From the human T2T-CHM13v2.0 reference genome, Homo sapiens, in assembly GCF_009914755.1 (NCBI RefSeq), contig NC_060948.1: a stretch of 64,000 bases of DNA; one strand, written 5' to 3'. A model generated the notes under the pieces. The model worked only from the letters and a program-made list of their open reading frames with translations, ran no database searches and was not told where the DNA came from. The first letter of the stretch is position 1. Each line of letters starts with the position of its first letter. The position numbers were made by a program, and so were the translations under genes. Below, one piece after another: positions 19,151 through 38,502 of this stretch.

Positions 19151-21255
19151 AGATCCATATTTTTTAAATGAAAAAAAATTTCAAAGGTACTCTGCTTGGT
19201 ACAATAATCAAATGTATAAACTGAGGAATAAAACATAACCATGAAACCTACTTATAACTGCATATGGAAAATACAGAGGATAATTTTTTAAATAACATAT
19301 TTTGAAAGCCTTAACTAGTAATTTGAAGAGCTGGCATTTGAAAGTCCAGTATGAATATACCTTCAAAGCAGCAACACAGGTTCCCCATGAGAAAAAGCAA
19401 ACACAGGGAAAATAAAAACACAAAGGTTCAATCTCTTCTGACCTTTGAAAGACACAGCACAGACAGTGGTCCTTAGGACGAAGAGCAGGAGACCCCTAAT
19501 TCCGTCACCATGGCGATAGGGCATAAACATTGCTGGGTGAGGGCACAATCCACATTGTGAGGTCCAACTGCTGCCAGGAAGACAGGAGTGCTTTTACATA
19601 GACCGAAAGGTCATTGAAGGCTCAGAGTTTTGTTTCAAGAACTGAATCCCAAGCCCACACGTTATTAGGCTGCGCTTCTTAAAACAAGTTATGAGATGGG
19701 AAAAAGGGCACCCACAAACATACGTATACATTATGTATATAATAATATACAGTATCATATATATAATATATATAACCTATGTATAATATTGTTTTACATC
19801 CTGCATCTTATGTTATATATATTGTATAAAATATAATAATTGATAATATATAAGTTTTATAATTATACAATATGACATATAGTATATATTATAATTTATG
19901 ACATATATAATATATGTTATATGTCATATATAGAATATATTATACGGTTAACATACGTATTAAATATAAATTATACATTATATATATTATATATAATATA
20001 TCTGTTATATATAATACCCATTATGCATAATATATATATTATGTCTATGTTATATATAGTATAAAACAACATATAATAATATATAATTGTGTATATAAAA
20101 TGCGACATATAATATATATTATATTTTATAACATATGTAATATATATTATATATTATATATAATACGTTGTATGTATAATACCTATATTAAATATATATT
20201 ATATGACTATGTTATTAATGACATGTCACATGTGTTATATATTATATATTTTAAATAGAATATACCGGTTACATACAATATATACTATGTTACCTATAAT
20301 GTATAATTTATTACCTGTAAAATAAAGAATGCAATATATTATGTAAAATTTATAATATACCATATGTGGAATGTCATATATATAACATATAATATATGAT
20401 ATATGATATACAGTATATGATATATAACATACAATATATGATTCCTAATATATATGGTATACAATATAAATTTTATGATATGTATTCTATATGTTTTATA
20501 TTCTGTTATATATAACTATTTGAAATTATATATAACTGTATAATATTTTATGTAAATATGTAATATAATATATATAACTATATAATATATTATATATAAC
20601 TATATATTATGTTATATATACTTTTATAACATAATTTACATAAAATATCATAATATAATATATATTATATTATTTCATATTACATAATATATATTACATA
20701 TCACCCAATATAACTAACATACATAATATTATAATATAGATTATATTGTGTTATATTAAATATCATATATATCATGTATCATATATTCTATAATATATAT
20801 TACACACTATATAATATGTATGTTGTCTATTATGTGATATATATAACTATATATATAATTATATTTTTATACATATAACTAGATAAACATGTAATTCTAC
20901 ATATTTTCATTTATAATATGTAGAATTATATAATCATATATAATTATTTATATTCTATAAAAAATTTTATCATTCTATAAATTATAATATATAAAAATTA
21001 TAATATGTACTACAAATATATATATTATATATCATATATGATATAGTACCTTTGTTATATATCATAATACATATAAATGTGTATTATGTTATCTATAATT
21101 ATATAATTTCATATATAAGATGTATAATATGTATCATATATTATATATGTTATGTAATATATATAGTATATATAAGATGACACAGGATAAATATTATATA
21201 CTATGACATATAAAATATATGAGGTTATATGTTATATATAAGGCATAGCACATAA

Positions 21256-21570
<315 letters not shown>

Positions 21571-23675
21571 AGATCCATATTTTTTAAATGAAAAAAAATT
21601 TCAAAGGTACTCTGCTTGGTACAATAATCAAATGTATAAACTGAGGAATAAAACATAACCATGAAACCTACTTATAACTGCATATGGAAAATACAGAGGA
21701 TAATTTTTTAAATAACATATTTTGAAAGCCTTAACTAGTAATTTGAAGAGTTGGCATTTGAAAGGCCAGTATGAATATACCTTCAAAGCAGCAACACAGG
21801 TTCCCCATGAGAAAAAGCAAACACAGGGAAAATAAAAACACAAAGGTTCAATCTCTTCTGACCTTTGAAAGACACAGCACAGACAGTGGTCCTTAGGACG
21901 AAGAGCAGGAGACCCCTAATTCCGTCACCATGGCGATAGGGCATAAACATTGCTGGGTGAGGGCACAATCCACATTGTGAGGTCCAACTGCTGCCAGGAA
22001 GACAGGAGTGCTTTTACATAGACCGAAAGGTCATTGAAGGCTCAGAGTTTTGTTTCAAGAACTGAATCCCAAGCCCACACGTTATTAGGCTGCGCTTCTT
22101 AAAACAAGTTATGAGATGGGAAAAAGGGCACCCACAAACATACGTATACATTATGTATATAATAATATACAGTATCATATATATAATATATATAACCTAT
22201 GTATAATATTGTTTTACATCCTGCATCTTATGTTACATATATTGTATAAAATATAATAATTGATAATATATAAGTTTTATAATTATACAATATGACATAT
22301 AGTATATATTATAATTTATGACATATATAATATATGTTATATGTCATATATAGAATATATTATACGGTTAATATACGTATTAAATATAAATTATACATTA
22401 TATATATTATATATAATATATCTGTTAAATATAATACCCATTATGCATAATATATATATTATATCTATGTTATATATAGTATAAAACAACATATAATAAT
22501 ATATAATTGTATATATAAAATGCGACATATAATATATATTATATTTTATAACATATGAAATATATATTATATATTATATATAATACGTTGTATGTATAAT
22601 ACCTATATTAAATATATATTATATGACTATGTTATTAATTACATGTCACATGTGTTATATATTATATATTTTACATAGAATATACCGGTTACATACAATA
22701 TATACTATGTTACCTATAATGTATTATTTATTACATGTAAAATAAAGAATGCAATATATTATGTATAATTTATAATATACCATATGTGGAATGTCATATA
22801 TATAACATATAATATATGATATATGATATACAGTATATGATATATAACATACAATATATGATTCCTAATACATATGGTACACAATATATATTTTATGATA
22901 TGTATTCTATATGTTTTATATTCTGTTATATATAACTATTTGAAATTATATATAACTGTATAATATTTTATGTAAATATGTAATATAATATATATAACTA
23001 TATAATATATTATATATAACTATATATTATGTTATATATACTATTATAACATAATTTACATAAAATATCATCATATAATATATATTATATTATTTCATAT
23101 TACATAATATATATTACATATCACCCAATATAACTAACATACATAATATTATAATATAGATTATATTATGTTATATTAAATATCATATATATCATGTATC
23201 ATATATTCTATAATATATATTACACATTATATAATATGTATGTTGTCTATTATGTGATATATATAACTATATATATAATTATATTTTTATACATATAACT
23301 AGATAAACATGTAATTCTACATATTTTCATTTATAATATGTAGAATTATATAATCATATATAATTATTTATATTCTATAAAAAATTTTATCATTCTATAA
23401 ATTATAATATATAAAAATTATAATATGTACTACAAATATATATATTATATATCATATATGATATAGTACCTTTGTTATATATCATAATACATATAAATGT
23501 GTATTATGTTATCTATAATTATATAATTTCATATATAAGATGTATAATATGTATCATATATAATATATGTTATGTAATATATATAGTATATATAAGATGA
23601 CACAGGATAAATATTATATACTATGACATATAAAATATATGAGGTTATATGTTACATATAAGGCATAGCACATAA

Positions 23676-23990
<315 letters not shown>

Positions 23991-26083
23991 AGATCCATAT
24001 TTTTTAAATGAAAAAAAATTTCAAACGTACTCTGCTTGGTACAATAATCAAATGTATAAACTGAGGAATAAAACATAACCATGAAACCTACTTATAACTG
24101 CATATGGAAAATACAGAGGATAATTTTTTAAATAACATATTTTGAAAGCCTTAACTAGTAATTTGAAGAGTTGGCATTTGAAAGGCCAGTATGAATATAC
24201 CTTCAAAGCAGCAACACAGGTTCCCCATGAGAAACAGCAAACTCAGGGAAAATAAAACCACAAAGGTTCAAGCTCTTCTGACCTTTGAAAGACACAGCAC
24301 AGACAGTGGTCCTTAGGACGAAGAGCAGGAGACCCCTAATTCCGTCACCATGGCGATAGGGCATAAACATTGCTGGGTGAGGGCACAATCCACATTGTGA
24401 GGTCCAACTGCTGCCAGGAAGACAGGAGTGCTTTTACATAGACCGAAAGGTCATTGAAGGCTCAGAGTTTTGTTTCAAGAACTGAATCCCAAGCCCACAC
24501 GTTATTAGGCTGCGCTTCTTAAAACAAGTTATGAGATGGGAAAAAGGGCACCCACAAACATACGTATACATTATGTATATAATAATATACAGTATCATAT
24601 ATATAATATATATAACCTATGTATAATATTGTTTTACATCCTGCATCTTATATTATATATATTGTCTAAAATATAATAATTGATAATATATAAGTTTTAT
24701 ATTTATACAATATGACATATAGTATATATTATAATTTATGACATATATAATATATGTTATATATCATATATAGAATATATTATACGGTTAATATACGTAT
24801 TAAATATAAATTATACATTATATATATTATATATAATATATCTGTTATATATAATACCCATTATGCATAATATGTATATTATGTCTATGTTATATATAGT
24901 ATAAAACAACATATAATAATACATAATTGTATATATAAAATGCGACATATAATATATATTATATTTTATGACATATGTAATATATATTATATATTATATA
25001 TAATACGTTGTATGTATAATACCTATATTAAATATATATTATATGACTATGTTATTAATTACATGTCACATGTGTTATATATTATATATTTTACATAGAA
25101 TATACCGGTTACATACAATATATACTATGTTACCTATAATGTATAATTGATTACATGTAAAATAAAGAATGCAATATATTATGTATAATTTATAATATAC
25201 CATATGTGGAATGTGATATATATAACATAGAATATATGATATATGATATACAGTATATGATATATAACATACAATATATGATACCTAGTATATATGGTAT
25301 ACAATATATATTTTATGATATGTATTCTATATGTTTTATATTCTGTTATATATAACTATTTGAAATTATATATAACTGTATAATATTTTATGTAAATATG
25401 TAATATAATATATATAACTATATAATATATTATATATAACTATATATTATGTTATATATACTTTTATATCATAATTTACATAAAATGTCATAATATAATA
25501 TATATTATATTATTTCATATTACATAATATATATTACATATCACCCAATATAAGTAACATACATAATATTATAATATAGATTATATTATGTTATGTTAAA
25601 TATATATATCATGTATCATATATTCTATAATATATATTATACATTATATAATATGTATGTTGTCTATTATGTGATATATATAACTATATATTATTATATT
25701 ATTATAGATATAACTAGATAAACATGTAATTCTACATATTTTCATTTATAATATATAGAATTCTATAATCATATATAATTATTTATATTCTATAAAAAAT
25801 TATATCATTATATAAATTATAATATAAAAAAATTATAATATGTACTACAAATATATATATTATATATCATATAAGATATAGTACCTTTGTTATATATCAT
25901 AATACATATAAATGTGTATTATGTTATCTATAATTATATAATTTCATATATAAGATGTATAATATGTATTATATATTGTATATGTTATGTAATATATATA
26001 GTATATATAAGCTGACACAGGATAAATATTATATACTATGACATAAAAAATATATGAGGTTATATGTTACATATAAGGCATAG

Positions 26084-26404
<321 letters not shown>

Positions 26405-28531
26405 AGATCCATATTTTTTAAATGAAAAAAAATTTCAAAGGTACTCTGCTTGGTACAATAATCAAATGTATAAAGTGAGGAATAAAACATAACCATGAAA
26501 CCTACTTATAACTGCATATGGAAAATACAGAGGATAATTTTTTAAATAACATATTTTGAAAGCCTTAACTAGTAATTTGAAGAGTTGGCATTTGAAAGGC
26601 CAGTATGAATATACCTTCAAAGCAGCAACACAGGTTCCCCATGAGAAACAGCAAACTCAGGGAAAATAAAACCACAAAGGTTCAATCTCTTCTAACCTTT
26701 GAAAGACACAGCACAGACAGTGGTCCTTAGGACGAAGAGCAGGAGACCCCTAATTCCGTCACCATGGCGATAGGGCATAAACATTGCTGGGTGAGGGCAC
26801 AATCCACATTGTGAGGTCCAACTGCTGCCAGGAAGACAGGAGTGCTTTTACATAGACCGAAAGGTCATTGAAGGCTCAGAGTTTTGTTTCAAGAACTGAA
26901 TCCCAAGCCCACACGTTATTAGGCTGCGCTTCTTAAAACAAGTTATGAGATGGGAAAAAGGGCACCCACAAACATACGTATACATTATGTATATAACAAT
27001 ATACAGTATCATATATATAATATATATAACCTATGTATAATATTGTTTTACATCCTGCATCTTATATTATATATATTGTCTAAAATATAATAATTGATAA
27101 TATATAAGTTTTATATTTATACAATATGACATATAGTATATATTATAATTTATGACATATATAATATATGTTATATATCATATACAGAATATATTATACG
27201 GTTAATATACGTATTAAATATAAATTATACATTATATATATTATATATAATATATCTGTTATATATAATACCCATTATGCATAATATGTATATTATGTCT
27301 ATGTTATATATAGTATAAAATAACATATAATAATACATAATTGTATATATAAAATGCGACATATAATATATATTTTATTTTATGACATATGTAATATATA
27401 TTATATATTATATATAATACGTTGTATGTATAATACCTATATTAAATATATATTATATGACTATGTTATTAATTACATGTCACATATGTTATATATTATA
27501 TATTTTACATAGAATATACCGGTTACATACAATATATACTATGTTACCTATAATGTATAATTGATTACATGTAAAATAAAGAATGCAATATATTATGTAT
27601 AATTTATAATATACAATATGTGGAATGTGATATATATAACATATAATATATGATATATGATATACAGTATATGATATATAACATACAATATATGATACCT
27701 AGTATATATGGTATACAATATATATTTTATGATATGTATTCTATATGTTTTATATTCTGTTATATATAACTATTTGAAATTATATATAACTGTATAATAT
27801 TTTATGTAAATATGTAATATAATATATATAACTATATAATATATTATATATAACTATATATTATGTTATATATACTTTTATAACATAATTTACATAAAAT
27901 GTCATAATATAATATATATTATATTATTCCACATTACATAATATATATTACATATCACCCAATATAAGTAACATAGATAATATTATAATATAGATTATAT
28001 TATGTTATATTAAATATCATATATATCATGTATCATATATTCTATAATATATATTACACATTATATAATATGTATGTTGTCTATTATGTGATATATATAA
28101 CTATATATATAATTATATTATTATACATATAACTAGATAAACATGTAATTCTACATATTTTCATTTATAATATATAGAATTATATAATCATATATAATTA
28201 TTTATATTCTATAAAAAATTATATCATTATATAAATTATAATATAAAAAAATTATAATATGTACTACAAATATATATATTATATATCATATATGATATAG
28301 TACCTTTGTTATATATCATAATACATATAAATGTGTATTATGTTATCTATAATTATATAATTTCATATATAAGATATATAATATGTATTACATATTGTAT
28401 ATGTTATGTAATATATATAGTATATATAAGCTGACACAGGATAAATATTATATACTATGACATATAAAATATATGAGGTTATATGTTACATATAAGGCAT
28501 AGCACATAACATGTAATATATATCATATATA

Positions 28532-28823
28532 TTTTTTTTTAGACAGAGTCTTGTCGTGTTGCACAGGGTGGAGTACAATGGTGCCATCTTTGCTCACTGC
28601 AACATCTGCCTCACGGGTCCAAGCTATTGTCCTCCCACAGCCTCCCAGGTAGCTGGGACTACACCACACTGGGACTACACCAGCTGCCACCATGCCTAGC
28701 TAATTTTTTGGATTTTTAGTAGTGACAGCGTTTCACTGTATTGGCCAGGATGGTCTTGATCTCTTCACCTTGTGATCCCCTTGCCTTGGCCTCCAAATTT
28801 GCTGGGATTACAGGCCTGAGCCA
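28532..28823 (-). mobile_element. Alu copy in U12 (variant sub-family)
   Basis: Same motifs; variant alleles as in U11. Confidence 0.95.
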
Positions 28824-30928
28824 AGATCCATATTTTTTAAATGAAAAAAAATTTCAAAGGTACTCTGCTTGGTACAATAATCAAATGTATAAACTGAGGA
28901 ATAAAACATAACCATGAAACCTACTTATAACTGCATATGGAAAATACAGAGGATAATTTTTTAAATAACATATTTTGAAAGCCTTAACTAGTAATTTGAA
29001 GAGTTGGCATTTGAAAGGCCAGTATGAATATACCTTCAAAGCAGCAACACAGGTTCCCCATGAGAAAAAGCAAACTCAGGGAAAATAAAACCACAAAGGT
29101 TCAATCTCTTCTGACCTTTGAAAGACACAGCACAGACAGTGGTCCTTAGGACGAAGAGCAGGAGACCCCTAATTCCGTCACCATGGCGATAGGGCATAAA
29201 CATTGCTGGGTGAGGGCACAATCCACATTGAGAGGTCCAACTGCTGCCAGGAAGACAGGAGTGTTTTTACATAGACCGAAAGGTCATTGAAGGCTCAGAG
29301 TTTTGTTTCAAGAACTGAATCCCAAGCCCACACGTTATTAGGCTGCGCTTCTTAAAACAAGTTATGAGATGGGAAAAAGGGCACCCACAAACATACGTAT
29401 ACATTATGTATATAATAATATACAGTATCATATATATAATATATATAACCTATGTATAATATTGTTTTACATCCTGCATCTTATATTATATATATTGTAT
29501 AAAATATAATAATTCATAATATATAACGTTTATATTTATACAATATGACATATAGTATATATTATACTTTATGACATATATAATATATGTTATATATCAT
29601 ATATAGAATATATTATACGGTTAAAATACGTATTAAATATAAATTATACATTATATATATTATATAAAATATATCTGTTATATATAATACCCTTTATGCA
29701 TAATATATATATTATGTCTATGTTATATATAGTATAAAACAACATATAATAATATATAATTGTATATATAAAATGCGACATAAAATATATATTATATTTT
29801 ATGACATATGTAATATATATTATATATTATATATAATACGTTGTATGTATAATACCTATATTAAATATATATTATATGACTATGTTATTAATTACATGTC
29901 ACATGTGTTATATATTATATATTTTACATAGAATATACCAGTTACATACAATATATACTATGTTACCTATAATGTATAATTGATTACATGTAAAATAAAG
30001 AATGCAATATATTATGTATAATTTATAATATACAATATGTGGAATGTGATATATATAACATATAATATATGATATATGATATACAGTATATGATATATAA
30101 CATAAAATATATGATACCTAGTATATATGGTATACAATATATATTTTATGATATGTATTCTATATGTTTTATATTCTGTTATATATAACTATTTGAAATT
30201 ATATATAACTGTATAATATTTTATGTAAATATGTAATATACTATATATAACTATATAATATATTATATATAACTATATATTATGTTATATATACTTTTAT
30301 AACATAATTTACATTAAATATCATAATATAATATATATTATATTATTTCACATTACATAATATATATTACATATCACCCAATATAAGTAACATACATAAT
30401 ATTATAATATAGATTATATTATGTTATATTAAATATCATATATATCATGTATCATATATTCTATAATATATATTACACATTATATAATATGTATGTTGTC
30501 TATTATGTGATATATATAACTATATATATAATTATATTATTATACATATAACTAGATAAACATGAAATTCTACATATTTTCATTTATAATATATAGAATT
30601 ATATAATCATATATAATTATTTATATTCTATAAAAAATTATATCATTATATAAATTATAATATATAAAAATTATAATATGTACTACAAATATATATATTA
30701 TATATCATATATGATATAGTACCTTTGTTATATATCATAATACATATAAATGTGTATTATGTTATCTACAATTATATAATTTCATATATAAGATATATAA
30801 TATGTATTATATATTGTATATGTTATGTAATATATATAGTATATATAAGCTGACACAGGATAAATGTTATATACTATGACATATAAAATATATGAGGTTA
30901 TATGTTACATATAAGGCATAGCACATAA

Positions 30929-31243
<315 letters not shown>

Positions 31244-33370
31244 ATATCCATATTTTGTAAATGAGAAACAATTTCAAAGGTACTCTGCTTGGTACAATAA
31301 TCAAATGTATAAACTGAGGAATGAAACATAACCATGAAACCTACTTATAACTGCATATGGAAAATACAGAGGATAATTTTTTAAATAACATATTTTGAAA
31401 GCCTTAACTAGTAATTTGAAGAGTTGGCATTTGAAAGGCCAGTATGAATATACCTTCAAAGCAGCAACACAGGTTCCCCATGAGAAAAAGCAAACTCAGG
31501 GAAAATAAAAACACAAAGGTTCAATCTCTTCTGACCTTTGAAAGACACAGCACAGACAGTGGTCCTTAGGACGAAGAGCAGGAGACCCCTAATTCCGTCA
31601 CCATGGCGATAGGGCATAAACATTGCTGGGTGAGGGCACAATCCACATTGTGAGGTCCAACTGCTGCCAGGAAGACAGGAGTGCTTTTACATAGACCGAA
31701 AGGTCATTGAAGGCTCAGAGTTTTGTTTCAAGAACTGAATCCCAAGCCCACACGTTATTAGGCTGCGCTTCTTAAAACAAGTTATGAGATGGGAAAAAGG
31801 GCACCCACAAACAAACGTATACATTATGTATATAATAATATACAGTATCATATATATAATATATATAACCTATGTGTAATATTGTTTTACATCCTGCATC
31901 TTATGTTATATATATTGTATAAAATATAATAATTGATAATATATAAGTTTTATATTTATACAATATGACATATAGTATATATTATAATTTATGACATATA
32001 TGATATATGTTATATATCATATATAGAATATATTATACGGTTAATATACGTATTAAATATAAATTATACATTATATATATTATATATAATATATCTGTTA
32101 TATATAATACCCATTATGCATAATAAATATATTATGTCTAGGTTATATATAGTATAAAACAACATATAATAATATATAATTGTATATATAAAATGTAACA
32201 TATAATATATATTATATTTTATAACATATGTAATATATATTATATATTATATATAATACGTTGTATGCATAATACCTATATTAAATATATATTATATGAC
32301 TATGTTATTAATTACATGTCACATGTGTTATATATTATATATTTTACATAGAATATACCGGTTACATACAATATATACTATGTTACCTATAATGTATAAT
32401 TTATTACATGTAAAATAAAGAATGCAATATATTATGTATAATTTATAATATACAATATGTGGAATGTGATATATATAACATATAATATATGATATATGAT
32501 ATACAGTATATGATATATAACATACAATATATGATTCCTAATATATATGGTATACAATATATATTTTATGATATGTATTCTATATGTTTTATATTCTGTT
32601 ATATATAACTATTTGAAATTATATATAACTGTATAATATTTTATGTAAATATGTAATATAATATATATAACTATATAATATATTATATATAACTATATAT
32701 TATGTTATATATACTTTTATAACATAATCTACAAAAATATCATAACATAATATATATTATATTATTTCATATTACATAATATATATTACATATCACCCAA
32801 TATAACTAACATACATAATATTATAATATAGATTATATTATGTTATATTAAATATCATATATATCATGTATCATATATTCTATAATATATATTACACATT
32901 ATATAATATGTATGTTGTCTATTATGTGACATATATAAATCTATATATAATTTTATTTTTATACATATAACTAGATAAACATGTAATTCTACATATTTTC
33001 ATTTATAATATGTAGAATTATATAATCATATATAATTATTTATATTCTATAAAAAATTTTATCATTATATAAATTATAATATATAAAAATTATAATATGT
33101 ACTACAAATATATATATTATATATCATATATGATATAGTACCTTTGTTATATATCATAATACATATAAATGTGTATTATGTTATCTATAATTATATAATT
33201 TCATATATAAGATGTATAATATGTATCATATATTATATATGTTATGTAATATACATAGTATATATAAATTGACACAGGATAAATATTATATACTATGACA
33301 TATAAAATATATCAGGTTATATGTTACATATAAGGCATAGCACATAACATGTAATATATATCATATATAA

Positions 33371-33662
<292 letters not shown>

Positions 33663-35791
33663 ATATCCATATTTTTTAAATGAAAAAAAATTTCAAAGGT
33701 ACTCTGCTTGGTACAATAATCAAATGTATAAACTGAGGAATAAAACATAACCATGAAACCTACTTATAACTGCATATGGAAAATACAGAGGATAATTTTT
33801 TAAATAACATATTTTGAAAGCCTTAACTAGTAATTTGAAGAGCTGGCATTTGAAAGGCCAGTATGAATATACCTTCAAAGCAGCAACACAGGTTTCCCCA
33901 AGAGAAAAAGCAAACACAGGGAAAATAAAAACACAAAGGTTCAATCTCTTCTGACCTTTGAAAGACACAGCACAGACAGTGGTCCTTAGGACGAAGAGCA
34001 GGAGACCCCTAATTCCGTCACCATGGCGATAGGGCATAAACATTGCTGGGTGAGGGCACAATCCACATTGTGAGGTCCAACTGCTGCCAGGAAGACAGGA
34101 GTGCTTTTACATAGACCGAAAGGTCATTGAAGGCTCAGAGTTTTGTTTCAAGAACTGAATCCCAAGCCCACACGTTATTAGGCTGCGCTTCTTAAAACAA
34201 GTTATGAGATGGGAAAAAGGGCACCCACAAACATACGTATACATTATGTATATAATAATATACAGTATCATATATATAATATATATAACCTATGTATAAT
34301 ATTGTTTTACATCCTGCATCTTATGTTATATATATAGTATAAAATATAATAATTGATAATATATAAGTTTTATATTTATACAATATGACATATAGTATAT
34401 ATTATAATTTATGACATATATAATATATGTTATATATCATATATAGAATATATTATACGGTTAATATACGTATTAAATATAAATTATACATTATATATAT
34501 TATATATAATATATCTGTTATATATAATACCCATTATGCATAATATATATATTATGTCTATGTTATATATAGTATAAAACAACATATAATAATGTATAAT
34601 TGTATATATAAAATGCGACATATAATATATATTATATTTTATAACATATGTAATATATATTATATATTATATGTAATACGTTGTATGTATAATACCTATA
34701 TTAAATATATATTATATGACTATGTTATTAATTACATGTCACATGTGTTATATATTATTTATTTTACACAGAATATACCGGTTATATACAATATATACTA
34801 TGTTACCTACAATGTATAATTTATTACATGTAAAATAAAGAATGCAATATATTATGTATAATTTATAAAATACAATATGTGGAATGTGATATATATAACA
34901 TATAATATATGATATAGGATATACAGTATATGATATATAACATACAATATATGATACCTAATATATATGGTATACAATATATATTTTATGACATGTATTC
35001 TCTATGTTTTATATTCTGTTATATATAACTATTTGAAATTATATATAACTGTATAATATTTTATGTAAATATGTAATATAATATATATAAAAATATAATA
35101 TATTATATATAACTATATATTATGTTATATATAATTTTATAACATAATTTACATAAAATATCATAATATAATATATATTATATTATTTCATACTACATAA
35201 TATATATTACATATCTCCCAATATAAGTAACATATATAATATTATAATATAGATTATATTATGTTATATTAAATATCATATATATCATGTATCATATATT
35301 CTATAATATATATTATACATTATATAATATGTGTGTTGTCTATTATGTGATATATATAACTATATATATAATTATATTATTATACATATAACTAGATAAA
35401 CATGTAATTCTACATATTTTCATTTATAATATATAGAATTATATAATCATATATAATTATTTATATTCTATAAAAAATTATATCATCATATAAATTATAA
35501 TATATAAAAATTATAATATGTACTACAAATATATATATTATATATCATATATGATATAGTACCTTTGTTATATATCATAATACATATAAATGTGTATTAT
35601 GTTACCTATAATTATATAATTTCATATATAAGATGTATAATATGTATTATATATTATATATGTTATGAAATATATATAGTATATATAAGATGACACAGGA
35701 TAAATATTATATACTATGACATATAAAATATATGAGGTTATATGTTACATATAAGGCATAGCACATAACATGTAATATATATCATCTATAA

Positions 35792-36083
<292 letters not shown>

Positions 36084-38210
36084 AGATCCATATTTTTTAA
36101 ATGAAAAAAAATTTCAAAGGTACTCTGCTTGGTACAATAATCAAATGTATAAACTGAGGAATAAAACATAACCATGAAACCTACTTATAACTGCATATGG
36201 AAAATACAGAGGATAATTTTTTAAATAACATATTTTGAAAGCCTTAACTAGTAATTTGAAGAGTTGGCATTTGAAAGGCCAGTATGAATATACCTTCAAA
36301 GCAGCAACACAGGTTCCCCATGAGAAAAAGCAAACTCAGGGAAAATAAAACCACAAAGGTTCAATCTCTTCTGACCTTTGAAAGACACAGCACAGACAGT
36401 GGTCCTTAGGACGAAGAGCAGGAGACCCCTAATTCCGTCACCATGGCGATAGGGCATAAACATTGCTGGGTGAGGGCACAATCCACATTGTGAGGTCCAA
36501 CTGCTGCCAGGAAGACAGGAGTGCTTTTACATAGACCGAAAGGTCATTGAAGGCTCAGAGTTTTGTTTCAAGAACTGAATCCCAAGCCCACACGTTATTA
36601 GGCTGCGCTTCTTAAAACAAGTTATGAGATGGGAAAAAGGGCACCTACAAACATACGTATACATTATGTATATAATAATATACAGTATCATATATATAAT
36701 ATATATAACCCATGTATAATATTGTTTTACATCCTGCATCTTATATTATATATATTGTATAAAATATAATAATTGATAATATATAAATTTTATATTTATA
36801 CAATATGACATATAGTATATATTATAATTTATTACATATATAATATATGTTATATATCATATATAGAATATATTATACGGTTAATATACGTATTAAATAT
36901 AAATTATACATTATATATATTATATATAATATATCTGCTATATATAATACCCATTATGCATAATATATATATTATGTCTATGTTATATATAGTATAAAAC
37001 AACATATAATAATATATAATTGTATATATAAAACGCGACATATAATATATATTATATTTTTTGACATATGTAATATATATTATATATTATATATAATACG
37101 TTGTATGTATAATACCTATATTAAATATAAATTATATGACTATGTTATTAATTACATGTCACATGTGTTATATATTATATATTTTACATAGAATATACCG
37201 GTTACATACAATATATACTATGTTACCTATAATGTATAATTTATTACATGTAAAATAAAGAATGCAATATATTATGTATAATTTATAATATACAATATGT
37301 GGAATGTGATATATATAACATATAATATATGATATATGATATACAGTATATGATATATAACATACAATATATGATTCCTAATATATATGGTATACAATAT
37401 ATATTTTATGATATGTATTCTATATGTTTTATATTCTGTTATATATAACTATTTGAAATTATATATAACTGTATATTATTTTATGTAAATATGTAATATA
37501 ATATATATAACTATATAATATATTATATATAACTATATATTATGTTATATATACTTTTATAACATAATCTACAAAAATATCATAACATAATATATATTAT
37601 ATTATTTCATATTACATAATATATATTACATATCACCCAATATAACTAACATACATAATATTATAATATAGATTATATTATGTTATATTAAATATCATAT
37701 ATATCATGTATCATATATTCTATAATATATATTACACATTATATAATATGTATGTTGTCTATTATGTGACATATATAAATCTATATATAATTTTATTTTT
37801 ATACATATAACTAGATAAACATGTAATTCTACATATTTTCATTTATAATATGTAGAATTATATAATCATATATAATTATTTATATTCTATAAAAAATTTT
37901 ATCATTATATAAATTATAATATATAAAAATTATAATATGTACTACAAATATATATATTATATATCATATATGATATAGTACCTTTGTTATATATCATAAT
38001 ACATACAAATGTGTATTATGTTATCTATAATTATATAATTTCATATATAAGATGTATAATATGTATCATATATTATATATGTTATGTAATATACATAGTA
38101 TATATAAATTGACACAGGATAAATATTATATACTATGACATATAAAATATATCAGGTTATATGTTACATATAAGGCATAGCACATAACATGTAATATATA
38201 TCATATATAA

Positions 38211-38502
<292 letters not shown>

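Noticed and set aside
33720-34061. 113-aa fusion ORF (also 38560-38901)
   Set aside because: Created by a 1-bp insertion joining two spurious ORFs. The second copy belongs to the 4840-bp duplication, so it is not independent conservation.
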